41,578 nt of DNA from Dehalococcoidia bacterium (GTDB taxonomy: Bacteria; Chloroflexota; Dehalococcoidia; Lucifugimonadales; UBA3495): assembly GCA_030740155.1 (NCBI GenBank), contig JASLXV010000056.1, forward strand, positions 1 through 41,578, in the 5' to 3' direction. The notes under the pieces are model-generated. The model was not told the DNA's origin, searched no databases, and worked only from the letters and a program-made list of their open reading frames with translations. The translations under genes were made by a program, and so were the position numbers. Below, in pieces: positions 18,261 to 26,848 of this stretch. Position 1 is the first letter of the stretch; each line of letters starts with the position of its first letter.

Positions 18261-18339
18261 GTCATTCCGGCGTAGGCCGGAATCCATGGAACGTTGCCGC
18301 CAGCTTCCTGCCTGGACTCCGGCTTCCGCCGGTGTGACG
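18261..18339. repeat. REP-like inverted pair (GTCATTCCGGC...GGAATCCA / TGGA...CCGG...GACG family)
   Basis: Related copy at 37978-38042 and a half copy at about 13911-13936. Confidence 0.75.
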
Positions 18340-18435
18340 GTTGAGGTCCTCCCTGCCCGGGGTTGGAAATTGATCCGCTACCGCTTTGCGCGGTTATTAG
18401 TGGCAAGAATTCGTGCCTGGAACCGCAATTACATA

Positions 18436-18482
18436 ATATTGACATACTACATATTGACATCCGGACCCATGCGCACTACAAT
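18436..18482 (+). promoter_or_regulatory. sigma70 promoter with an overlapping direct repeat
   Basis: TTGACA(18454)-17 bp-TACAAT(18477); ATATTGACAT occurs at both 18436 and 18451. Confidence 0.7.
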
Positions 18483-18514
18483 ATAGCAACCCACAGAAGT
18501 GAGGTGATTGACTG

Positions 18515-18658
18515 ATGGAAGCCTATTGCGTCAAGTGCAGAGCCAAGAAGGAAATCCAGAGCCCCCAGGTTATCACCATGAAGAACGGTAAGCCGGCCAC
18601 TCAGGGCGTTTGTCCTTCCTGTGGCACCAAGGTTTTCCGGATCGGCGCCGCGAAATAA
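18515..18658 (+). CDS. DUF5679-like small zinc-ribbon protein (47 aa)
   Basis: MEAYCVKCRAKKEIQSPQVITMKNGKPATQGVCPSCGTKVFRIGAAK; GAGGTG RBS; below the ORF-track cutoff. Confidence 0.9.
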   Translation: MEAYCVKCRAKKEIQSPQVITMKNGKPATQGVCPSCGTKVFRIGAAK

Positions 18659-18868
18659 CGGGCGGTAGTCCCCAGGCCGCTGCTTGCCCCTGGGCAGGGC
18701 CGGGTTCAGCCCGCTGAATCCGGCGCCAGGTCCGTGGCGGCAGCGAGGCTTTCAGCGCCGGACGGCTGGGCTGGTTCGTGTCGGGTAGTGGGGCGGCCAT
18801 GGAGCGGCCCCACTCATCCGTGACGTTCCTAATGACTGGTTCAGGCCCGGAGCGTGACCGGCTGGAGG

Positions 18869-19036
18869 CTATCCCAATCGGACGACCCTCAGCGTGATCA
18901 TTGAAAACGCGCTGGCGGTCGCCAAGAGTATCAATTTCTGTTCCCAAGAAATTGAGTTGAAGCTCAAATAGATGATGGCGGCGTTGACTCCGCCAACCAT
19001 CAGCAACTTTTTCAATGCATCCCTCTGTCTAACCAT
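18869..19036 (-). CDS. Small two-TM membrane protein (55 aa)
   Basis: MVRQRDALKKLLMVGGVNAAIIYLSFNSISWEQKLILLATASAFSMITLRVVRLG; GGAG upstream of the ATG. Confidence 0.55.
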   Translation of the reverse strand: MVRQRDALKKLLMVGGVNAAIIYLSFNSISWEQKLILLATASAFSMITLRVVRLG

Positions 19037-19167
19037 CCAGCTCCGTGGAGCCTGAGACCGGCTCCCCGGCCCTGCTGGATTCGGCTTTGCCAATTCCAGT
19101 TCTAACGGACCGTCCAGTCTGCCACCGCATCCCTGGTCACCCGTCGCTCTCCCGTGGGATGACAATC

Positions 19168-19629
19168 CTACAAAGTCGTGGTCAGCCAGCGCTCGGTGTT
19201 CCGGATGTAGGATGCGAGTTGGCGCATCAGGTTCGTGGCTACCTTCGGATGATCCTCTAATTCATCTAGAAACGCCTGCCTGTCGACAATGAGGACCCTG
19301 GCATTGGTCATTGCCTCTAGCTGGGCAACGTAGGGCTCCCCGTCCAAGGCCGGGACCATGCCGAAGAGCCGGCCTGCTCCCACGATGTCCACCACGGCCC
19401 ACCGGGGCGTCGGGGGCGACGCCACGTGATAGACGACGCGGGCGCTTCCCTCCACCAGGATATAGACCTTGTCCGCCGGATGCCCGGCTCCGACGATAAC
19501 CTCTCCAGGAGCGTAGACCCGCTCCTCAGAAACAGGCACCAGTCATTGGAGATGCTCGCCAGGAAACTGCTGGCAAACCTCCAGGTTCTCCAGCAGTGGG
19601 TGCCGGTTCGTTTCTTGATGTGTTTCCAT
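19168..19629 (-). pseudogene. cNMP-binding (Crp N-terminal-like) domain protein with in-frame TGA at 19545-19543
   Basis: METHQETNRHPLLENLEVCQQFPGEHLQ*LVPVSEERVYAPGEVIV...VYILVEG...GRLFG is one continuous frame. Either a nonsense mutation or a recoded codon. Confidence 0.65.
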
Positions 19630-19839
19630 TTTGTTCGCCTTCCTTATCCCTGTGCTTAATTTGATGTTCGAAGCCGCTCGTCGGTTCATCTGCATCAATC
19701 CGGCGGAGCGGATTGGCGCGCCCGGGCACCGGCGCGTTAGCCCTGAAGCGCCCCTCCTGCAAGCTGCCTTCCCCGGCCGCTGGCGCGGTGGTATGCTGGT
19801 CACCGACCCACTGGCGATCCGTTTAACCGAGGTGCGCCG

Positions 19840-20754
19840 ATGTCCAAGCAGCAAAACGTCGTGTTCTTCAACGGGGAACTGAGGCTGGAGCGAGAGGTGG
19901 GCATACCCATCCGCGACCGGGGGTATATTTACGGGGACGCTGTCTTCGACGCAACACGAACCTTCAACGGCAAACCATTCCGCCTCCGGGAGCATATCCG
20001 CAGGCTGTACCAATCCCTCCGCTACGTGAGAATCGATCCGCGCATGGACCCAACCGAAATGGAGCGGTGGTCCCTGGAAGTGGTCAGCCACAACTACCCC
20101 CTGTTGACGCCCGGCCAGGACATGTGGGTGATGCAGCGCATCAGCCGGGGTGTGGAGGTAACCGAACCGGGTGAGGATTCGGGCCCCACCGTGCTGATTG
20201 AGTCCCACGCCATTCCCTTCGCCCGCCGGGCCACCCTGTACCGGGACGGCGCCGGCGTGGTCACTCCCCCCACGCCGCGGATTCCCCCCCGGTTCGTGAG
20301 CCCGCGGGCCAAGACCCACAACTACCTGAACCTGGTGCTGGGTGAACTTGAAGCCCAGGGGACCGACCCAAATGCTTGGGCCGTGTTGCTCGATGAGAGC
20401 GGCAACCTTACCGAAGGCCGCGGGTCGAACATATTCCTGATTCAGGACGGCGTAGTGGCCACTCCCCGGGGCCAGTACGTGCTGGAAGGCATCACCAGGG
20501 GAGCCGTCATGGACCTGGCAGCCGGCCTGGGCCTTTCCGTGGAGGAGCGGGACCTGGACTTGTACGACGCCTACACCGCCGATGAGGCGTTCCTGACCTC
20601 CACCAGCCTCTGCATCTGTCCCGTGTCCTCGGTCAACGGGGCACCTGTCGGGGATGGTAGCGTTCCGGGGCCGGTAACCCGGCGGCTGATGTCCGCCTTC
20701 AGCGACCTGGCCGGCATGGACTACGAGGCCCAGTATCTGGCCCACCTGCCATGA
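19840..20754 (+). CDS. Class IV (branched-chain/D-amino acid-type) aminotransferase
   Basis: DRGYIYGDAVFD, PLP lysine in AKTHNY, EGRGSNIF, LEGITR, DEAFLTST. Confidence 0.92.
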   Translation: MSKQQNVVFFNGELRLEREVGIPIRDRGYIYGDAVFDATRTFNGKPFRLREHIRRLYQSLRYVRIDPRMDPTEMERWSLEVVSHNYPLLTPGQDMWVMQRISRGVEVTEPGEDSGPTVLIESHAIPFARRATLYRDGAGVVTPPTPRIPPRFVSPRAKTHNYLNLVLGELEAQGTDPNAWAVLLDESGNLTEGRGSNIFLIQDGVVATPRGQYVLEGITRGAVMDLAAGLGLSVEERDLDLYDAYTADEAFLTSTSLCICPVSSVNGAPVGDGSVPGPVTRRLMSAFSDLAGMDYEAQYLAHLP

Positions 20755-20936
20755 GGCGGACGAAGCCCGGCCTCCGGCCCGGCAGGGCAGGCGATTCGAT
20801 CCCATACCCTCTTCTTCGCGGGAAGAAGTGAACCTTTATCCGCTTGATTGACTCGGCGGGAACCTTCCGAACCTTGCCGGTGGAGCAGCGGTCCTGCCGG
20901 CCGATCGACTCTAGCAAAAGGGAAACGGAGGTTGAT

Positions 20937-21839
20937 ATGGCAGATGGCCTGGCCGACGTCTTGGAATCAATGGAACCGGAACTCCTGGCTACGGGATTCG
21001 GGTTCACCGAAGGTCCTCTCTGGCACCCCGATGGCTACTGGCTGTTTGTGGACATTCGTGCGCACCGTATTCACCGGCTGGCGCCCGGCGGTCAGCCGGA
21101 GATCGTGCGGGAGAACAGCGGACGCTCCAACGGGCTGACCTTCGACCTCCAGGGTCGCCTCATCATGTGCGAGGGGGACAACCGGCGGTTGACGCGGCGA
21201 GAGGATGACGGCGCTTACACTCCCATCGCCGAGCGGCTGGACGGAAAGCGGCTAAACACGCCCAACGATGTGGTCTGCCACTCCGATGGGAGCATCTACT
21301 TCACCAACCCCAACGGGCGGCTCGCTCCGGAGGATCGGGAGTTGGGCTTCGCCGGGGTCCACCGCATCGCCCCTGATGGCGCCCACACCGTGGCGACCCG
21401 CGAAGCCGGGTATCCCAACGGCCTGGCCTTCTCTCCCGACGAGGGTTTGATGTACGTTGCGAACACCCGGCTGGACAACCGGTGCCTGGAAGGCAAGGAA
21501 AAGGGAGAGGTGTGCCACCACCAGTTCATCCGGGTCTTTGACGTCGCCGCCGATGGATCACTGACCAACGGCCGGGTTTTTGCCGACATGTCATCGGCGG
21601 AAGATGGTGTCCCCGATGGCATGAAGGTGGATATGGAGGGCCGCGTCTACTGCACCGGCCCCGAAGGGTGCTGGGTATTCGACGCGGCAGGGAACCATCT
21701 GGGGACCATTCGGCTGCCCGAAATTCCAGCCAACTGCGCCTGGGGCGGCCCCGATAACCGGACGATGCTCTTCACCGCCCGCCCCTCTGTTTTCAGCATG
21801 CGAATGAAGACCCCCGGCACTCCGATTCATCGTGCCTAG
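20937..21839 (+). CDS. SMP-30/gluconolactonase/LRE family protein
   Basis: FTEGPLW, SNGLTFD, PND, PNGLAFSPD and PDGMKVD; ATG 20937 after GGAGG. Confidence 0.92.
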   Translation: MADGLADVLESMEPELLATGFGFTEGPLWHPDGYWLFVDIRAHRIHRLAPGGQPEIVRENSGRSNGLTFDLQGRLIMCEGDNRRLTRREDDGAYTPIAERLDGKRLNTPNDVVCHSDGSIYFTNPNGRLAPEDRELGFAGVHRIAPDGAHTVATREAGYPNGLAFSPDEGLMYVANTRLDNRCLEGKEKGEVCHHQFIRVFDVAADGSLTNGRVFADMSSAEDGVPDGMKVDMEGRVYCTGPEGCWVFDAAGNHLGTIRLPEIPANCAWGGPDNRTMLFTARPSVFSMRMKTPGTPIHRA

Positions 21840-21865
21840 TTAGAGGCCGGCCCGACCCGCGCCAC

Positions 21866-21904
21866 GGCATCCCTCTCCCGTGGGAGAGGGAACGAGGGTG
21901 AGGG
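21866..21904 (-). repeat. REP-like palindrome, inverted copy of 387-426
   Basis: 39 of 40 nt identical to 387-426; lies just after a stop codon. Confidence 0.8.
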
Positions 21905-22270
21905 ATCACGTTGCCCAAGGGTGCCGACACCCAAGATAATCAAAGGTCCCTTTGCCCGTTCCGCGCGTCTCTTGTGAGAGCTGGATACCAATGCTACACT
22001 GGATGTGTGCGGATTCTGCGGCCACACGCCGCTTTACTTTCAGGACGAGTCCTGCAAGTGGTGATGCTTAGCATCTCACCCCCCACTCTGACATCCCCCG
22101 GCGAAGGAGCAGAGGGCCGGTCCCCCTTCCCTCGGTGACGGATCGCTTCGACAAGTCCGGTCGAACTTTTGGGAACGGGTATAAGGCGATCCACGGGCCT
22201 TGGTTTGACCATTTGCCAGCCGCTGGAGCGGTTGGAAGCGTAGCCTTCGTCAAGGATAGCGCCGCTGGAT

Positions 22271-23158
22271 ATGAGTTTTCTAATTCTGAACCATCAACCT
22301 GACCTCCAGTTGGATTGCCTGATTGTGGCTTTCGCCGGGTGGACCGACGCGGGCGAAGGGGCAACCACCGCGATCAAGTTCATGCAGCGCCAATTCCAAG
22401 CGAAGAAGTTCGCCGAGATCGACCCGGAAGAGTTCTACGACTTCACCCAAACTCGGCCGCATACCACACGCCTTCGGAACGGCCGCCGCCGGGTGCGCTG
22501 GCCGGCCAACGAATTTTCCTATTGGGAAGGGCCCAGTCCGGCCAAGGGGGCGATGACCTTCCTTGGGATTGAGCCCAACCTGCGCTGGCGCAGGTTTGCC
22601 CGGACCATCGTGGATCTGGCCAAACAACATGGGGTCACCAGAGTAATCCACCTGGGCGCATTGCTGGACGCGGTCCCCCACAACCGGGAAGTCAGGCTCA
22701 CCGGCTACTCGACCGACACCGGCCTTCAGGAGAAGATTGACGAGGCCGGCATCCGATCTTCGAGCTACCAGGGGCCGACGGGCATCAGTTCCGCCCTGAT
22801 GGAGGCTTGCGCCGATCAAGGGATAGACTACGCCTCCCTGTGGGGGCACACCTCCCACTATCTTCAGGCAGCGCCCAACTTCCGGGTCAGCTACGCTTTG
22901 GCCCGGACCCTGATCTCCCTTTTGGACCTGCCCCTGGACCCGTCCGAACTGGAGACCGCCGCCAACAACTTCGACGAACAAGTGGCCGAGGCGATAGATA
23001 AAGACGACCAGCTCAGCACCTACGTGAAGAAGCTGGAGGACCACTACGACGAGTCGGCGCCGGCGAGCGAGATGCCGGACCCTGCCGAGTTGGTGCGGGA
23101 CCTGGAGCAGTTCCTGAAGTCTGAGCAGCGCCGACGGCCTGGAGGGTCACAGTCCTGA
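22271..23158 (+). CDS. PAC2 (proteasome assembly chaperone-like) family protein
   Basis: AFAGWTDAG, IDPEEFYDF, GIEPNLRW, LGALLDAVPH, YQGPTGI. Confidence 0.88.
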   Translation: MSFLILNHQPDLQLDCLIVAFAGWTDAGEGATTAIKFMQRQFQAKKFAEIDPEEFYDFTQTRPHTTRLRNGRRRVRWPANEFSYWEGPSPAKGAMTFLGIEPNLRWRRFARTIVDLAKQHGVTRVIHLGALLDAVPHNREVRLTGYSTDTGLQEKIDEAGIRSSSYQGPTGISSALMEACADQGIDYASLWGHTSHYLQAAPNFRVSYALARTLISLLDLPLDPSELETAANNFDEQVAEAIDKDDQLSTYVKKLEDHYDESAPASEMPDPAELVRDLEQFLKSEQRRRPGGSQS

Positions 23159-23205
23159 TCCGTGGCCCCTCCGCCGCACGCCGGCAATTTCGCGGAAAGC
23201 AAAGG

Positions 23206-23982
23206 ATGTCATCAGACCATCAAGTCACCGGCCGATTGGAGCCGGACATCAGCGTTAGCGACGCCATACGCCTCATGTCCTCCCGGTACGGCCCCTTCGA
23301 CAGGAAGCCGCGCTTGGAACCGGCCCATGAGGTGGTCTTAACCATCCTTTCGCAACACACCTCCGACGCCAACTCCTCCCGGGCCTTTCGCCGTTTGATG
23401 GACCGGTTCGGGACGCTGGAGGCGGTCGCCTCGGCGGAGGTGGCTCAGATAGAAGAAGCCATCATTCCCGGCGGCCTGGCCAAGATCAAGGCACCCCGCA
23501 TCAGGCAAGTGTTGAACCTGGTGCTGGAGCATAACGGCACCCTGGACCTCTCCTTCCTGCGGGAAATGCCCCTGGACGAGGCCAAGGCCTGGCTGAGGAA
23601 ACTACCCGGCATCGGGCCCAAGTCCGCGGGAATCATTCTCTGCTTCTCCCTGGGAATGCCCGCCATGGCCATAGACACTCACATTTACCGGGTCTGCCGG
23701 CGGTTGGGCTTGATCGGCCCCAAGGTTACGGCCGACAAAGCCCACGATATCATGGAGGCTTCGGTGATTCCGGAGCAGGTTTTCGAGTTCCACGTATCGT
23801 TCATCTCCCACGGGCGCCAGGTGTGCAAAGCCCAGCGGCCCCGTTGCGCCGAGTGCGTGGTGGCGGAAGGCTGCCCCTCCCGGGGCTATTTCATGGCCCA
23901 CGAGGATGCGTCCGGGCCGGAGGCCCCGGCCCTCGCCGATCGACGGGCCAACACCCCCGTTCAGCTACCTCATTCCCTGTAG
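23206..23982 (+). CDS. nth: Endonuclease III-family HhH-GPD glycosylase
   Basis: ILSQHTSD, LPGIGPKSA, AIDTH and the Fe-S motif C-x6-C-x2-C-x5-C. Confidence 0.88.
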   Translation: MSSDHQVTGRLEPDISVSDAIRLMSSRYGPFDRKPRLEPAHEVVLTILSQHTSDANSSRAFRRLMDRFGTLEAVASAEVAQIEEAIIPGGLAKIKAPRIRQVLNLVLEHNGTLDLSFLREMPLDEAKAWLRKLPGIGPKSAGIILCFSLGMPAMAIDTHIYRVCRRLGLIGPKVTADKAHDIMEASVIPEQVFEFHVSFISHGRQVCKAQRPRCAECVVAEGCPSRGYFMAHEDASGPEAPALADRRANTPVQLPHSL

Positions 23983-23999
23983 GCGGAGGGCAACACGCC

Positions 24000-25031
<1,032 letters not shown>

Positions 25032-25197
25032 GCGGGTTAGGCGCTAGCATCGCGGAGACCCAGAGAACACCGGGCACTCCTGGTGACAAAGCGTCGGATC
25101 ATGTTCGCTGCTTTCACCGCGTCTCCGCGGCGAACTTCGGTCTGCGGGCTTCGGGGCGCTGGCAGAACACACGCCGGTTGTAGTAAGATATATCTGT

Positions 25198-25274
25198 GCC
25201 CCGGTCGTCTAGCCTGGCAGGACGCCACCCTTTCAAGGTGGAGATCATGGGATCGAAGCCCATCCGGGGTACCA
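25198..25274 (+). tRNA. tRNA-Glu(TTC)
   Basis: Acceptor GCCCCGG/CCGGGGT plus ACCA; anticodon arm CCACC-CT TTC AA-GGTGG; T arm ATGGG-ATCGAAG-CCCAT. Confidence 0.93.
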
Positions 25275-25290
25275 AATCTGGGCGATAATT

Positions 25291-25329
25291 GAGGCCCTGC
25301 CTGCGGTTCGCCGGCGGGGCCTTGTTTTT
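25291..25329 (+). terminator. Intrinsic terminator after tRNA-Glu
   Basis: GAGGCCCTGCC...GGCGGGGCCTT hairpin followed by GTTTTT. Confidence 0.75.
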
Positions 25330-25624
25330 GCCTGCCTGAGAGACAGTTGTTGCGGAGTATCGGATCACCGTCCTCCCGTCATCTCGGCCGGCAGCAACCC
25401 CACCAGTTGTGATTCGGTGGGGAAGGAATGGGGGGCGGCTTCAAGCGGTGGGTTCATGCAGGAAAATCGGAGGCGGACGGTGAAGGAGAGTGTCGTGTCG
25501 GGACAACCCGGTAATGCGGGTGTATCGCCGGTCCGGTTCGGAGTTCAGCCGGAGGCGATCCTGATTCCGGTGCGCGACGCGCGGGGGTTGGTAACGCCGG
25601 AACGCTCAACGCCGTTGTAGCCGG

Positions 25625-25732
25625 TTACCAGCGGCGACAGTAAAGGCAAGTCCAGTTCCGGCCAATCTTGGTCCCGCAGCCTCCACACTTGTGGCAATGT
25701 GGGTGCTGGACTTGGTTGCTGGCGTGGTTCAT
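25625..25732 (-). CDS. Cys-rich microprotein (35 aa), putative Zn ribbon
   Basis: MNHASNQVQHPHCHKCGGCGTKIGRNWTCLYCRRW; strong AAGGAGGAG RBS close to the ATG; TAGAAT -10 at 25773-25768. Confidence 0.65.
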   Translation of the reverse strand: MNHASNQVQHPHCHKCGGCGTKIGRNWTCLYCRRW

Positions 25733-25986
25733 GTCTCCTCCTTCGCCTAGCCCTCATGATTTCTCGTATTCTAGTTGGCGGATAGTTACTGCTGTGTTAC
25801 GTTCCTCGTGCCTGCCTTCACATGATTGAGATGACCCTAACTGGGGCCACCGCGAAACCGGGGATTACCTCGACCCCTGGGGCCGGCCAGATGCGCCAAA
25901 TCCTTACTCCCGGGGACGCCCGGCGGGCGCTGAAATTCAGGTACGAGTGCCGGTGGGTTGGTATCGAATGGGTGGCGCGCCGCTCC

Positions 25987-26016
25987 TTGATGCTTCTCGT
26001 ATCCCCGTGCTATCAT
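25987..26016 (+). promoter_or_regulatory. sigma70 promoter upstream of the ybeY-dnaX operon leader
   Basis: TTGATG-18 bp-TATCAT with an extended TG. Confidence 0.6.
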
Positions 26017-26020
26017 TGGC

Positions 26021-26241
26021 GGAACTCCCCGACTACGCTGTGAAAGCCCGCCGGGGCGTTTGCCCGGTACGAAAGGTGCGGACTCGCTGTGGCTTCCGCT
26101 GGGAACTGAAGTCCGAATGACCCTTCGACACGTTTACGCGGAACCCCGGCAAAGCCGGGGCAGCTTGCGGCCGCGGCCCGAGACGAACGCGCAAAATCCT
26201 CTCGTCGCTCTCTCTCAAGGGGGTGGGCCCGTGGGATTTCC
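26021..26241 (+). ncRNA. Candidate structured RNA (6S-like or leader)
   Basis: Starts just after the promoter. Nested helices: 26021-29/26233-41, 26046-52/26222-28, 26056-62/26184-90 and 26079-84/26110-15, plus hairpin CCCCGGC-AAA-GCCGGGG. Confidence 0.35.
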
Positions 26242-26296
26242 AAGGACTCTGGCGCCGTCGAAGCCTTCGACATTCGCGCCGCGGATAGGGTGAGCG

Positions 26297-26848
26297 GTGA
26301 GTTCCCGGCCCCGTCGACAGGTTGACGTCTCGGTTGACGAGCCCTTTCAGGAGGGGCTGTCCGAAGCTTGGCTCCGGTCGGCGATGGATGCCGCCCTCCA
26401 GGTGGCCCTGCCGGAGGGAGACCCCTGCCAGGTGGGCCTCTTGGTGACCGGCGACGAGACAGTCCGGGAGCTGAACCGGGATTTCCGGGGGTTGGACGAA
26501 GTGACCGACGTGCTTTCTTTCTCCGCTTCCCATCCCGGCGAATGGGAGGGTGAAGCCGAGGCCCCCGATGACCGCCATGGCGATTCCGGTGAAGCCGGCG
26601 GGCCTGCCTTTGTCCTCCCCCCCGGCCAGCCTTCACCCTTGGGAGAGGTAATCATATCCTACCCCCAGACCCAAAGGCAGGCCCTGGAACGGGGCGAGCC
26701 GGCGGAACGGGAGCTGGCCCTGCTCATCGTCCACGGGGTGCTCCATCTGGCGGGCCACGACCACGGGGAGGCTGAAGAGACGGCGCGGATGCAGTCCAGG
26801 GAGAAAGCCGCCCTGGAGGCCATATTTCAAGCCAGGACCATGAACTGA
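26297..26848 (+). CDS. ybeY: rRNA maturation RNase YbeY
   Basis: LNRDFRG, TDVLSF, LGEVIIS, HGVLHLAGHDH. Confidence 0.93.
   Translation: MSSRPRRQVDVSVDEPFQEGLSEAWLRSAMDAALQVALPEGDPCQVGLLVTGDETVRELNRDFRGLDEVTDVLSFSASHPGEWEGEAEAPDDRHGDSGEAGGPAFVLPPGQPSPLGEVIISYPQTQRQALERGEPAERELALLIVHGVLHLAGHDHGEAEETARMQSREKAALEAIFQARTMN

Noticed and set aside
178..19545. Genetic code reassignment (UGA=Trp/Gly) suggested by four in-frame TGAs (178, 5567, 8255, 19543)
   Set aside because: TGA ends tldD, argC, dnaX, ybeY and others at their expected termini, often overlapping the next start, and Trp is encoded by TGG throughout.
25275..25986. Genomic island integrated at tRNA-Glu
   Set aside because: No integrase and no duplicated tRNA 3' end in the window.
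26021..26241. SRP RNA, RNase P RNA or tmRNA assignment
   Set aside because: Diagnostic motifs (CAGG..GGAA..AGCAG, GAGGAAAGUCC, tRNA-like ends with CCA) are not found.
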